Positions 1 through 13,775 of a stretch of 64,000 bases of DNA are shown here, piece by piece. The translations under genes and the position numbers were made by a program. The stretch comes from Bigelowiella natans CCMP2755 (Eukaryota > Protista > Cercozoa), in the NCBI GenBank assembly GCA_000320545.1, contig ADNK01001884.1, positions 1-64,000 on the forward strand. Reading direction: 5' to 3'. Under the pieces are notes generated by a model that saw only the letters and a list, made by a program, of their open reading frames with translations, was not told the origin of the DNA and did no database searches. Numbering within the stretch: position 1 is the stretch's first letter; the number at the start of each line of letters is the position of its first letter.

Positions 1-189
1 CCCCCCCCCCCCCCCCCCCCCCGATTTTTTATTTTTTTTTAAGAGGGGGGGGGGGGGGGGGGGGGAAGTTTTTCACACATTTCGGGTTTTTTAAACATTG
101 GAATCGTACAGCAGGCAAAGAGCACTCAGCTGCTTATTTGCTTTTTCCCTTTTTTTTCCCCCCCCCCCCCCCCCCCCCAATAACTTACT

Positions 190-1816
190 CCCACCTCATC
201 GACGTTGAATTCGATCTCCTCTAGCAGTCTTTCCATTTCGATATCCGTGAATGCCTACCGCATTCTTGGTTGTGCTCACGACATCAAAGGCAACTACTAC
301 TGCTGCTACTACTTACTACTTACTACTACTACTGCGACTACGGCGACTGATATATTTTAGTTGATGAAACATCTACTAGCATGTTCTGTATCTCCACTAC
401 CTGTTGGACATGCTGGAACGGCAGCTGCTCTTGTCTAGCTGCAACTCCTTCCGGTGTGTCAATACCTAGCTTGCGGCATGCCCACGCCAAATTGGTACAT
501 TCGAACTGAGCAATAACATGGGCAGTACTTGTTATTGTTGTTGTTGTAGTAGTAGTAGTAGTAGTAGTAGTAGCTTCAATAGTGTGCAGAAATTATGCTG
601 CTAGAATTAGGTTTAGATCTTACCCCTGTCAGCAAATCTTGATCCCTATTAATTATCCCAAGCAGTTGTGGTTGAAGTTGCCTCCTCCAGCATTGCCCTT
701 CTTCTTCTTCTTCTTCTTTTTCTTCTTTGTTGTTGTTGTTGTTGTTATAGTGCTCGCCGGTACCATCGTTGACGACCTCCTTCGGGTAAAGCAGGGCAAG
801 GGCTAGTAACGTGTCGGTAGCCTAAGTTGTGGAAAACGTGTTTTCTCGATCGATACGATGTGTTTTTGCATGCGGCACAATAGGAGTTCATTTCAGCACC
901 TGAACAGGACGGAAGTCCCTTTCTTTTGTACGCCTTAAGAGTGCTTGCAACAGTTCCTGGAGTCTTGCATCATCGGCGACGAACTCTTTTCGAGCTCGTG
1001 AAGCTGAGGCGGGCACGAATGACTTTGCTAGACGAAGTAGGCCCTGAAAATTTTTAACAAATCAGCGCGCGCATAAGGTCGATGCTTTCTTGCCGAAGAC
1101 CTGAACTATGTGAGACGTTCGAAAAGTCGCGTCGTAGCCGTGTTGGGCAATAACTCTGGATATCAGATGAGAAAGAATAGCAAGCGTCAAGGAAGTTAAA
1201 CATCGCCGGAAAAGAGTGTTTTCTCACGTAAGAATCTCGTCGGGAGTTGTGGCCGCCTGAAGCAGCGACACAGCTCTTGAAAGAGGACCGCCACGTTGCT
1301 TGGGATGTTGCGAATTGTGATGATTCCCACCACCATATTTCGGCCCACTAGCCTGAGGCGGAGTATGAGTGTCCCGTTTGCGTTGTGCTCTCCGTGGTCG
1401 ACTGAGTACCATCTTCGCCACCATTCTTGTGCTCGTTGACTCTGATGTTCTTCCCTCAGCCTGACAAGCCTGAGAATTTCTAGGTTGCCGAAAATACATT
1501 CGCCATGGTAGGTGAGACAAAGCCTGTAGAGCTCCCGTGTTTGTTCTCTGGAGGGACGTCCTGGGCATGCTATTCGTAATATCCACGTGTGTGTATACAC
1601 ATGCGCGAATATTTATCTTTTGTTGCATTACTTACCGTAGTTAATGTTCTATTGCAATGAAGGTATGAAATATACGGATGTAGGTGACAGCACTTGTTCC
1701 AAAAGACATAAATACTCCCATCTGGGCGAAGTAGTAGGGTACCTGCTGCTAGAAGCGTGGCTGCCGGCGAAGACAAGGATCACGACTATTTGGAGGGCGT
1801 TCGTTGTGTTTCGCAT
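190..1816 (-). CDS. OPR/RAP-type helical-repeat protein with signal peptide, probably plastid-targeted; multi-exon, 3' end likely beyond window start
   Basis: Hydrophobic N-terminus MRNTTNALQIVVILVFAGSHASS; spliced exons read VIAQHGYDATFRTSHIVQ/GLLRLAKSF, AQFECTNLAWACRKLG (OPR-like NLAWAxxKLG) and AFTDIEMERLLEEIEFNVDE. Confidence 0.55.
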
Positions 1817-3071
1817 TATCTTGTCTGTGCCTTTTTTCAAATGAAGGGCGCAGGAGGTTTTAAGTTGACACGTAGTGGCTGCTGACCCACAGACATGCTC
1901 ATCTGTCGGCTGCCGACGGGAGGAACGTGGTGGAGGGCAAGCTGAAATCGGATAGGCACACTAGACTTTTTTAGTCAGATATTCTTCAGATGTGCCGCAA
2001 ATTTGGCTCCCAGGTTCAAATTTATATGTAATACAGTGAATTATTAATATGCGACATAGTTTTGCGCAACCATTCGTAAGTATTTCGGACCCTTGACACA
2101 AGCCACTGATCTGATGTAACAGTTGGAGTTGGAGCCTGTGATATGCGTCCCTACGACATGAATTGGACCCTGTCTCAATGCAAAAAAGGCATGTGTTTCT
2201 GGGATATTTAGGCAATTGGAACTACGAGATACGAGCGAACACTAGCGGGCATCCCCCCAAGTGAGTGAGAGATATACAATGAATCATCTTCGACGTATGA
2301 AGAGAGGGGAATTGTGAGCGAATTGAGGGAATGGGGGTGAAATATTATCGGTTGTGTAGATGACTTTCCAAAGGTTTCGTGCTGCATAGTCTTGGACCTT
2401 GATGCAGAGGGCTGGTATGGACACGAACCTAAGGACGAAGGTGAGTTCTGGGTAAGCGACAAAGGAGATAAGGTTAGAGAGGAATCTATTACCTGGTGGT
2501 TGGTGAAGTTCCGAAAGCGATGAAGGTCTAAGGGAATAAGGAAGGAAGGAAGGAGGAGGATTCCGAAGGCTTTGCTGTAGCGCGTACCACTACGCGGGCA
2601 CAAGTCACGTGCGACAACAAAGGGGTTGTCGCGGATATAGAATATAGATAACGTAGATATTAATACAGCATAGGCACGTGGGTTCCGGCGGGACTCATGG
2701 CAGCACACCGGAAGTGTGCTGCCCCACGTGCGGCGGCATTCGCGAAAGCTTCGCGAATGATTACGCAGTGCACGATTTAATAAAAATATAATCTTTAATA
2801 AAAATAAACACAACTCTTCAAAAGGAAGCAAACGTGCCTTTCCCCCCCCCTGCCTACTTGTGCACGTAGCGCCTCGGCCTGTGAACACCTTACGCGCAAC
2901 AACCTTTGGCTTCCACACACGGGAAACGATTTGACTAACAATGTCACAGCAGCTAGAAGAACAGCAGGACTTTGGCTCGCAGGCCGTGCAAGGGCACGAG
3001 CAGAAACAGGAAAGGAAGGGCGATACCTAGCATTTATCTTCGAGACGCTCGAGTCAAATACTCTTCTAGAT

Positions 3072-4512
3072 ATGGTGGGTGAGCTGGACGCTCTAACTGG
3101 ATACCGCCCTTTCAACTTCCTTCGAGATTTTTACCAGCCTTACACGACTGGTCTTTCGATGGCATACTTATGCTTCTTCATCATCGCCACAGCAGGAGCA
3201 TTTTATTTTGATATACAACGCTATCTCGCGGCTGAGGAGCGGATCGACTCTTTGTCAGCTTTGACGGACAACGCGGGTAGGCAGATTCCATTATTTACAG
3301 GAGTCTCTTATGTTCCTCCTTCAAGCGGAACAGGATCGGTGACAGTCTCCACAAAGTTCTATCAATGCGTTGAACTGACTGACTCAGTTCAGACGTCGAG
3401 AAACTGCACCGAAATAACAACGCAGGCCTGCAGTTCAGTTTCTGGCTTCGAGCTGTCAACCACAGAATCTACGACCGTGACATCTCTCGGCCTGACTTGC
3501 CCGTCAACAAGAGGGCAGATAAGAAGATCAAAGGTTGCAGATGGGTCAGACTTCGTACGTGCTGAGATCGTGTTCACTGGATCGTCCACTGACGTAGCAA
3601 GCCTTCTCAACGCAGGCGGCCAGTTTTACGTGGCAGTGGCCTCATACCCCAAAGACAATGACAACTATGCAAAATTCAACTTTGATCATAATACGGTCAA
3701 CATGCGGTCCTGGCAAGCGAGTAGCACCAGCCGCATCAATGTAGAGGCTCAGTATCTCCCCGTAAACCAAAATCTCATCTCGAGACTGAGTGTGCTCGAT
3801 TATAGTAATATCGAGAAATATCTGACTGCCAGTGGTCCAAATCTCTTCACCGCATACACGACTACCCTGTCGCCAGTTACTGCAGGATCGAACGCTGGAA
3901 CGACAATCGTGATGGCGGCTGAATTTAAGGCCCAAAAACTTAACTCAAATATCCAAATTGGAGACCGTCTATTCGTGGATAATCTCGTTTACCTTGCTGG
4001 CTTCGTCTACTTCATATATCTGCTCGGGTTCTTTGTGAGACTCTATAACCGGTGGTCCTTCCGATACGGTAGGGATTTCTCTTCTGGTTTGCTGCAATCT
4101 CAAAACCAACTTGCCGGAGGCAACGGGGAAATACTGGCAAATATCTCTTACAACGCTTACATGCAGAGCTTCTTTTCAACGTACGAGATCTTTCTTAACT
4201 ATCTTCCTGTCAATCGATTTACTGATGAATAAGTCACAAATTTGTTGTTTCTATGCAGAATATTTATGCCAGAGCCTGTGGGGCATGAAATGATGGATAG
4301 AATCGAAGAAGAGGTGGGTGTATTATACAGTATCAAATGATTTTCCTAATATGGACTTCCTAATGTGTTCTTATATTAATCAGTACGTCGATTTTGATTC
4401 ATGGAAGCAAGCGAGGCAGATGTACAAGTCAGTGGAAGGACTGAGAAATTCTGTAACAGCTTTGAAAGCAAACAAGAATTCGGTAAAGGATAATATAGAC
4501 CCCCAACAGTAG
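3072..4512 (+). CDS. Two-TM membrane protein with large Cys-containing extracellular loop (DEG/ENaC/P2X-like topology); 3 exons
   Basis: Long ORF 2931-4232 with first ATG at 3072; TM1 LSMAYLCFFIIATAGAFYF, TM2 LVYLAGFVYFIYLLGFFV; GT-AG introns near 4181-4258 and 4314-4383 join IFMPEPVGHEMMDRIEEE and YVDFDSWKQ...IDPQQ-stop in frame. Confidence 0.65.
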
Positions 4513-4629
4513 TTAGTTAACTGGATGTGAAAGTAGTTCTCAACTGTGCATCACAAAGATCGATAGATCATGGCAGTACTTACCACATTTGTAGCATAGA
4601 ATACACTGTGTATGGTTAACCATAACATC

Positions 4630-5160
4630 AAGAACAAATGAACGTTTGCGGTTGCCTGGCTACGCTACATGACTACGATGCACAGCAAGGCATGCGCAAA
4701 CATGTGAGAGCAACATGTCCATTCACATTCACATCACGGCCTCCAAAGCTAGTGTGCATCTGCTATCACATGCACCTAGCCACCTCATGCATTCAATCAA
4801 TTTTGCACGCATGCACGAGTAGACGTGCAGCATGCAGCATGAGGGTGCATGCACGTCTAGACGTGATGCTCATGCATGCAAAATCATGATCGACATTCAA
4901 CATGTGACGTGCGATAGCACATTAGCTCAGTAGGCCGGCATCGATATGATCACATCCGCCCACAGTGCAGAGCATACGCGCATGAAGTGTTTTCAGTGCT
5001 CAAGCTGAAAGGATCTATAGATCACTGTCACGGAAAGGATCATCACACATGAATGCACTGATCGCACACAACCTGTTTCGGCTCTGGGCATGGCAAACTT
5101 GGAAAGAAACATCAGTCATTGCATCCATTTTACCATGTCGCAGACAAAAAATCAAGGCAA
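4630..5160. other. TpA-depleted, CATG/TGCA-rich intergenic tract
   Basis: In 4631-4940 every TpA I find (11) lies in CTA or TAG. Confidence 0.8.
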
Positions 5161-5262
5161 TTCTTTCAAAAATAAAATCAAATTAGCAACGAATAATTAT
5201 CCGAACATGCATGTCCCCATGAAATGAGGCTGCCTCCTGAGAGCTGGAAGTATTAACGCCGG

Positions 5263-6285
5263 ATGGGAGCGGGCCAGTCGTCTTCCTCATGCGTCACAGG
5301 TGCTTGCAGACGGGATGAAATCGGTCAGGATAAAGCTTGTGGAACACTAGGAGCTTCCTGCGGGTCATCGCTGCCAGATAAGTACGACCTCTCCTTTTTG
5401 TCCACCCGCCACTCCGTTGGTTGATTTTCATGTGTTTCTCGATTAGCTTTCCACCTTCCGGGTTGATAAAAGGACAAGAAGGCGATGTTTTTGCCTGTGA
5501 GTTTTCGCCAGATGGGAACTACCTGATGACGAGTGGCGATGAAGGAAAGCTCAACGTATACGACACGAAGACGTGGACATTAGTGCACAATTTAAATTGC
5601 AGAATTAAAAATGCTTCAGAGGTAGTTTGTAACAGGGGGCTTCTATGCTATTCTACTCCTCGATTATTTACCTATTTCCCTTCAAACCGTTGAGCATCTT
5701 CCTAACACAAAGGCAAAGCATTCTGACCCCCGCTCTGCCAACGTGAAGTCGGTCTGCTTCTCAGAAGACGGAGCGCTCATGGTACTACCTCGCGCATACA
5801 ACACAACATCACTCCATTCAAGCCTAAACTCTGATTCTTACAAACAAGGCGGCAGGCACTGCCTCTGGACACATCTACATTTGGAAACAAAAGAGCAGCA
5901 GTCGCTACTCGTTATCGTCGTCATTGGTTGATAGTAGCACTGATACGAACATACTACGGCCTCCACCACCACAACCGCAAGGAGAGACAAAGTCGCCAAG
6001 TTGGAGAATGGAAACGCTGCTGTCGGGGCACTCGAAGACTGTTTCATGCCTCTGCTTTGTGGAGGGTAACAAGCTGCTGCTTTCTGGCTCTGCAGACGGT
6101 AACGCCATCTTGTGGGATCTTTCTTCGATGAAGCAGTTCAGGTAGTAGAAGTAAGAGCAATGTACAAGTATACAACTCCTAACTCTTGTTGGTTCTGATA
6201 TCACGCTACGAGGAATAGATATTTCATGGAGAATATCGATGTATCACATCATCATCGCCATCGTCATCGTCCGTCATGTCCATCG

Positions 6286-6316
<31 letters not shown>

Positions 6317-7205
6317 TATCATCATCATCAGAATAAGCTTATGATATTTAGGAAGGTTAGGCCGAATCACCAGCCTGTCAATACATGCGCCCTCAGCTCT
6401 AAAGGTACGCTTGACCATCTCGACGCTTTTCACTTGCATGCATACGATAGATACTCAACGAAGAAAGAGAACTACCGAAGATGTGCTGGTTCTTCGTTTT
6501 CAGTGTTTGTGGTGTTTCTATTTATACCGCAGGTCTCATAGCGATCGGTACCATGGCAAGTCCAAGTTCCCGCCCCTCCAAGTAAAGAATAGCTAACAAA
6601 TTATCAGATTTGGTGGCATTTTGACTTCTTTCCTCTTCTTCCTCCTCCTCCTCCTCCTCCTCTTCCACCACCCCCACCCTCTCTACTTCCGCCATGCAAG
6701 AAATATAGCTTTGACGCTGTGGGACTCGAGCCTGAAATGCGTGAGGAGGGAATGGCTTGTGACGTACACTTCGGATAGGGGCAACAACCCGGCCTCCGTG
6801 ATATATCATGATGTTTCATCGGTGAGAACCGCGAGCTAGTAACAAGCCATATTGAGCTCCTATTCACCGCAAAAGCACACCGTTCGATAGATAGTAGAAG
6901 TCACAGTCACATGACGCAATCCAAAGCAGTATAGTGCAGAATCGCGTTTTTCTGTCAAAATAAATCCTGGCTGCGGCATAGTTTTCCTGCTGAGGGAGAA
7001 CAACGCCAACAGGACAAACAAGTCATGGTGATTATCCTCGCCTTCGTTGGCTTTCTTCCAGGTACACTTTTCCCCAGATGGCGAGATTCTCGCAACATGC
7101 TTGAGCTGCGCACTCTGGATCTTCGAGACAAAGACGTTTAATCGCATCCACCAGGTAGGGAGAGCAAGTGTGATGATGATGGGGTAGAAGGGGGAGTGTG
7201 GTTAC

Positions 7206-7238
<33 letters not shown>

Positions 7239-8201
7239 TGGCGATGATAGTGTTTCTCAGCGGCCTAAGCGCAGCAGTGTATTATTATTATTATTATGAT
7301 TATTATTTGGAATATCAGGTCCAGTTGATGGGTTGTGCGATTCCATCGTGCTCTTTCTCTTCGAGTGGAGACCTCTTTGTATTCACTGTCACGCGAGTTG
7401 ATGTTGGCTGGTGCTGGGAGAAGGTCTTCCTCTCCTCCTCCTCCTCCTCCTCCTCCTCCTCCTCCTCCTCCTCCTTTCCTGCCCGTTCTCCTCTCCTCCT
7501 CCCCCCCCTTTTTTTTAATCCTGAGCAATAGTGATAAGATTTTCTTCTGCTTGTGACTATAGTCCCTTTTCTTTTTTGTGGCCTCCCCCTCCCCTCCTTC
7601 TCTTCCCCACTTTTCCTTTACTTGTTCTTCTTTTGGTTTTTTTTTGGGTAAAACCATCCCCACGTACGAAAACAGGGCGCTGAGAACAAGGAGCTAGAGC
7701 GCCCCACTGTTTGGGTTTACTGCGGCAAGGAGTTCAAACCACTGAATCGATTGAAAGGACACGGGTGCTGCTGCTCATCATGCTTTTGCCATGGGCTTTT
7801 GTGATGATGACGATGATGATAGATTGGGATGGTAGCGGCGGTAATTATGATGGGAAGCATGCTAAACCACCTTTCAACAGCACGTTCGTCGATCTAATTC
7901 ATTTCTCTTCCTGGATAATAAATAGGCGGATAATAATGGATTGTAGCATATCTCCAGACGAAACCATCATTGCTTCTGTCTCAAAGGTGAAGAACACGAT
8001 CTCATTTATCCTTCCACAAAAACGAGTAATGCCATAATAATACCAATCAAAATCCACTACAAGCCAGTCAACATGACGAAGCACAATTTTCTGCTGCTCT
8101 GTCGCAATGCACAGAATGTTTACAAGGTGAACGGAGCGGAAGATTCCAACATTCGTCTCTGGGATCTTAAATCATCCATTATCGCGAGTCCGCCATCATG
8201 A
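5263..8201 (+). CDS. WD40-repeat protein with N-terminal MGAGQS acylation-type motif; many exons
   Basis: Exons GQEGDVFACEFSPDGNYLMTSGDEGKLNVYD, GHSKTVSCLCFVEGNKLLLSGSADGNAILWD, DCSISPDETIIASVS, STIRLWDLKSS then TGA. Confidence 0.85.
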
Positions 8202-9145
8202 CCGAGCAAAATGCTAGTCAATCGGCATACCAAAATTGAGTTGGTTCAACCAAGTTGTTGTTCATGCTATAGCGTTCTCTGTAGCATGCAGGAAAATGTA
8301 TGATCTAGCTTGTGCAAAACCATCAACCCAACAAACATTATATTTGCGCGTGATTCAAGTTCACGCTGCTTCGTAGCAATGTGTAAGTGTATGCACATTC
8401 CCAAATGTTGCGTTTGACGCATCTAGACACGGCTTGCGCGCAATTTCTGTGTATGGTACTTGTTGCCGTTTGCACATGCAGTCTTGTCCGACAAAGCGCG
8501 CGCAGGCTAGCAAGTACACTGCAATCTGCCTCGTGCGTGCACCACAACACACGTTCAACAATTGTTCTTTTCGCCGTCCTTGTGCTTATTGCCATCGTCG
8601 TCCTCGATCTGCCTTGTAGCTGCTCGACAGCCAACTCATCACGTTCGCTCATATGTTCATGCAATATACGTCGCGCATGCAAGAAAGAGCGATGATGACG
8701 GTTCGTCATCGGGCGACAGCATGCATGCTGCTCATTAGCACCGTTTTCTTTGTGCACATGGGCAACACTAGACCACCAAGCGCTGCTGGCAGCAAGAGAT
8801 GCTAGTGGACATTCGTAATGCAAGAGACCAGGCTAGCAGGCGGAGCACAACAGATGTGGATTTTGTATTAATCACGACTAGGCCGCAGTTAGATGCAGCA
8901 GGCTACTGCGCAGCTGGTAGCTGGCACATGCCCTCCAGCTAAAGACTGTTTACGCATCGGTATTCATCAACGGCTATTCCTACGACACATTGCACACTTC
9001 GCCTTCTGTACTAAGCGCATTGAACCGAACATAGTAAACCCTGATAAAATTATTGAAAATCGCAACAGCGAGGCCCCTAGGCTCCTGGTAAAGCTTTCGT
9101 AGCTCCCCTGCTAGGTTGCAGGTGGGAATATCCGTTGTCGCTTTG

Positions 9146-10022
9146 CTAGCTTAGGCGTGAATTCGGCTTCAGCTGTTCTTGACACCCGTCTTGGGCGGAC
9201 TGGAGAAACAATCTGTACGACAAAGTAAAGCGATTAGAGTTGCGGGAAGCTGCCACAGAACATAGCCGCGTTCGACTTACGTTTGAGACCATCCTGGAAC
9301 CCCTCGGGGTCGGAGGTAGCATGACTTGATTCTTTTCATCATCATCATCATCATCATCTACTGAGCTGCTGCCTCCTTTTTGCGATGCACTACGATGCCA
9401 CTGAATGCCCCCTTTGAGGTCTAATACATTCATACATACATACACACATACAAACATACAAACATACATAAGTTGGAGGTGTTATGCTCCTCAATGCCCC
9501 ACTTGCACGTTGGCATTCAGGGTTATACTTTTTCTATCCCACACAACGCCAACGAGGGCAAATGTGAAAGTGCAAAATTTAGGCACATCAGACGAATTGG
9601 TGCGTGCGATGCTGCGGAAGAAGCAAAGCCGGAAAATGAGAACTATAAGGACACTGAGAATGGCGACTACGACGACAAGGGAGGGGGGCGTTGAGAGGAA
9701 GTGGGGGGAAAGTGTAGCTAAATGCATATTAAGTATTGACCACCAACCGACCTTGGTGTGTGTTCTCCCATGCTTTCAAAGCTGCGACAGTGAGATCGAG
9801 CTAATCGCATTCAACAACACATGAAGCAGCAGAAATTGTAGCAGTTTATTCCAGAATAGAAAGTCGTTTGTGCGACAACCCACGTGTACGTAAAGAGAAA
9901 CATTCATGGAATTCGCTCCCGCGGAGTATGCATTTATAATCATCGGATTTTCCGCGCGGGAAAGTCCAATTGTAACGAATTCGATACGGAAGAACACCGA
10001 CCAGGGTATGTCCCCGCATAAC

Positions 10023-10057
<35 letters not shown>

Positions 10058-10523
10058 CTAATCTCATCGTTGACCACCTTTGAGCGGTCTTTAACAAAGA
10101 CCCTTACCAGCCTTTCTTGATACACGTCACCGTGGATTAGTGTGATAGGTTCGCCTGTGCAGATTCGGCGCGATCTCCGCTGGTGCTTCTCCTTCCCGGA
10201 CTGCCGTTTGTCAATCTGCGCAGCAATGAATGATGATGCTTATGATGATTATGATGATGATGACGACGATGATGAGGCTGATGGTGATTACGATTGAGAG
10301 ATTGCCATGCACAGTCTTATTCGACAAGTATACATCAAGAGAACGTTTCCAGTGAAGAAGTTGATTTGTCCGTGCATAGGTGTGGCGGATGTGAATCCGA
10401 ATGTATTCTAAACTTCTTCGGAAGATTATACGCCGATAACCATGAGTACGGTGCGTAGAGCAGACTCATCGGTATGGCTTCAATGCGAGCCGTCATCGAT
10501 TTCGCAAATTTTCTACCGTGATA

Positions 10524-10581
<58 letters not shown>

Positions 10582-13202
10582 TATACATAGCGTATAATAT
10601 CAGCCCAACCTTGAAAAATTTGACAGACTCCACAGGGTTCGCATCTCCTTTTGCATAGTTGATCTTGCACATATCCACCACGATGTCGCTTTCTTTGAGC
10701 TGACAAAATTATGGCGGTAATTTAACAGCGACAAAGCTTAATCGCTTCGCTTTTTGCTCTTACCGGCGTGCTTGGACAGGTGGCAAGGATTTCTTTCGCA
10801 GTCACCTGAATGAGTTATTCGACGAACGATTTGTATCATGTACACACCATGTGACGCGTGGGCTGTCGTTGAGTTTATACGACAACTGAACGTATTCAAG
10901 ACAAATTTGGGCGGATCAAACGTCGATGATTATTGGTCCTGCACAGTTCTATTATGACACGGAAGAGGTCGCATCTGAATCGCAGCGAAGAATCATCGAC
11001 CTTTGCATCACTGCTGAATTTAAAACTAAAGATCTCCTAAAATATTATTGTGTTTCTCTTGCGCCAGCACCTTCTTCTTGGGATTGGAACGTAGCTTCTT
11101 CCAGGCAGGTTCGAGGATGTTCCACTGTACAGGGAGACGACCGCGAAAACCCATGTCCAAAAACGGGAAAACCATGAGAATAAATCATTTTTGCGTTGAA
11201 ATAAGTAAGTTACGACTGTCTTACTTCGCCTGCGAACGCGTACAGATTTCTCTTTTGGATATTCTTAATCAGGTTCCTGAAGAGGAATATCGGTATTTTG
11301 CATTAAACTAGTACATGAGAATGTCTCCTCTTCTTCCCACCCCCTCCTATTCCTCCATCTGGCTTCTCACGGCAGAGTGCTCTGGTGAACCTTGATTCTT
11401 GCAAACGGGGGTCTTTTGACCGCTCTATCTCCTTGACAACGCTGTCCGTTACATACGTGAACGTTTCCATCGTTTGGCACCTCTCCCAGATCTTCAACAC
11501 GGGGTCAGCCTTCATTGCGTTTGCCGGGTACATGTAGAAGGAGGCGGGTGAGAGGAGGTCACTTTTGTCCGAAGCTGTGAAACTTGATTGATTGGTGGAA
11601 AAACCTTTAACATTGCGTCAATAATCATGCAGTCGATGGCTCTGGCTGTCTTGTGCGTGTAGACAGACTTGTGCAACGAATATCTCATCTGGAAAACCTA
11701 GAGGGGAAGGAAGGATGGTGCGTGCATCAGAACCATTTGTATGAGTCATCTTTTGAAGGAGACTGGTCTTAAAATTATCATTCACCTGATATATGTCGAA
11801 CGCCACTTTCTCCGGAAAACAAATCTGATTCTCGTGGACCTCCATATTGTGCATTATTCTATTTTGTCGTACAGCAGTAAGAGCAACGAGAATGAGGGAG
11901 AAGGGGCATAAATCACTGGGCCAAAGGTATTTATCAACATAAATTTAGCTTGATGTTTGAAATCTGAATACCTTTTAATACGCATGCGGATGTCACCTAA
12001 GTAAAGAAGAATTCAACGTGAGTTATTTGCTTTGATTGTATAAGTGAAGATTTTGGCCAGTTACCGATGCCCAAAGCCCTAGAATCTCTACAAAATAACG
12101 CACAAACACACGTTATAATCGTACACCACGTGTGATAATATGCGTGGTTATCACCTCATTAAATAGTCAAACTTGTCCACATCTAAACTGTTTCTTTCAT
12201 TCGCAACAAGCTCGTATATCCAGGCGCGGTGCTTGTTGGCTTCTTTTACCTGAAGGCTAACTTTAGAACAAGGAATCTTCCATCTTCAATCGTCTAAAAT
12301 GAGTGATGGATTTTGTAATCCCTTGTGGAGACAATAAGATGACCTTCGGATAGAGCTTCGGGCTGATGATATGAGCATAAATATGTAACAAGTTAGAACT
12401 TTCGTCTGATACATGCATCATATGTGATTAACATAACATGAGTAATAATACGTCGGTAGAAACTTGGGTAGAAACTTGGCAAAAATAGTAATGACAACGT
12501 AGTTTTCATCATGATTTAAACAACTTACCAAATGATAGACTGACTGAAAATGCCCAGACGCCGTCGTCAACGTTATGATGTCACATAACACAGTATTTTG
12601 TGAGTTGCTACCCAGCAATATTTCCAATGTTTGACTCACATGAATCTAACTTCGTCTTCCGAGATGTCGATGCCATTATCTTTGACCAAGTACTCGACCA
12701 TTTGAACGCTGAACTCTTCGTGAGACTTCTCCACCTTGCCTTCGGTGACCTTCGGAATAAACTGGCTGTCGAACATGTGACTGTATGGCCCATGCCCAAT
12801 ATCATGCAGCAAGCCAGCTGCCATCACCTACGATGGTAAATGAAAGCAAGTCACAAATAACTCGCAAGCTTTCTAGAGTCGCTATATCAAGCAAGAATTC
12901 AAGCATCTGCAATTGATTTGCACCAGGAAGACATCTCTGTCGGTGATGCCAAGGGATTTGTCCTTCAGGCGCAATGTCCGCATTGCTTGTCCAGCTAAGT
13001 GCATCACTCCGATTGAGTGTTCAAACCGGTGATGGCTTGCCCCAAGGTAGACGTAATAACAGGATCCCAGTTGTTTGAGATCCTGGAGCCTCTTAAACTG
13101 CGGGGTGTCAATAATTTGCCAAATTGCTTTTGGGGCAGGTATGAAACCATGCACAGGGTCCTGGACACTTCTCCAACTGGACGGTTCGTCAACTTCCTCC
13201 AT
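9146..13202 (-). CDS. SAMHD1-like HD-domain dNTP triphosphohydrolase (no SAM domain seen); many exons, 3' end approximate
   Basis: DPVHGFI, IIDTPQFKRLQDLKQLG, RFEHSIGVMHLA, AGLLHDIGHGPYSHMFD, LDVDKFDYL, LHKSVYTHKTARAID, NPVESVKFF, YQERLVRVF. Confidence 0.92.
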
Positions 13203-13775
13203 GATTATCAGCTTCTACACTCCCCCGGAAGGCTCAGCGGTTACTCGTGAGGGGGGCAGGGGTGGAATCGATCTAACTCGACAAGTGCAAACAATGCCCG
13301 AAGAAAGCGAAGCTGCTCGCGGAATTTTGACCAATTTCCTTCCAAAAACATAAGGGATTTACGCGCTGCGACTAAGGTCTGACTACAGAGTCGCCAGCGC
13401 ATATCTGAGAAAGAGCGTCATGGAAACTAGGGACTGGAGCGAACAATTACAGGCCATTTTGACCATGCCAAGACTTAAAATATAAAAACGCTTCTTTTTA
13501 AGCAAAGAGGCGACGCTGAGAAATGGTCGAGGAATTTCCACTTGCGACTTACAAGCACAGCAGCATCAGGGCAGAATAGCGATGCCTCCTTCAAATATAA
13601 GTTTGGGTTTCTTTTCTCTCGCCGGACACACAGACACACAGCAGCATATTTAGCCAACTCCCTCCCTCCCGTCCCAGGAGACTCCTGCGCGTTTGAAGTG
13701 AGGAACCAGCAGTGAGAACAAAAATATTGTCCAAGGTTGGGAAAGTGTGAGAATCGGAATCGCATCTTCGGCAAA

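Noticed and set aside
2208-2918. 236-aa minus-strand ORF
   Set aside because: Non-ATG start, no recognisable motif, lies in a divergent spacer
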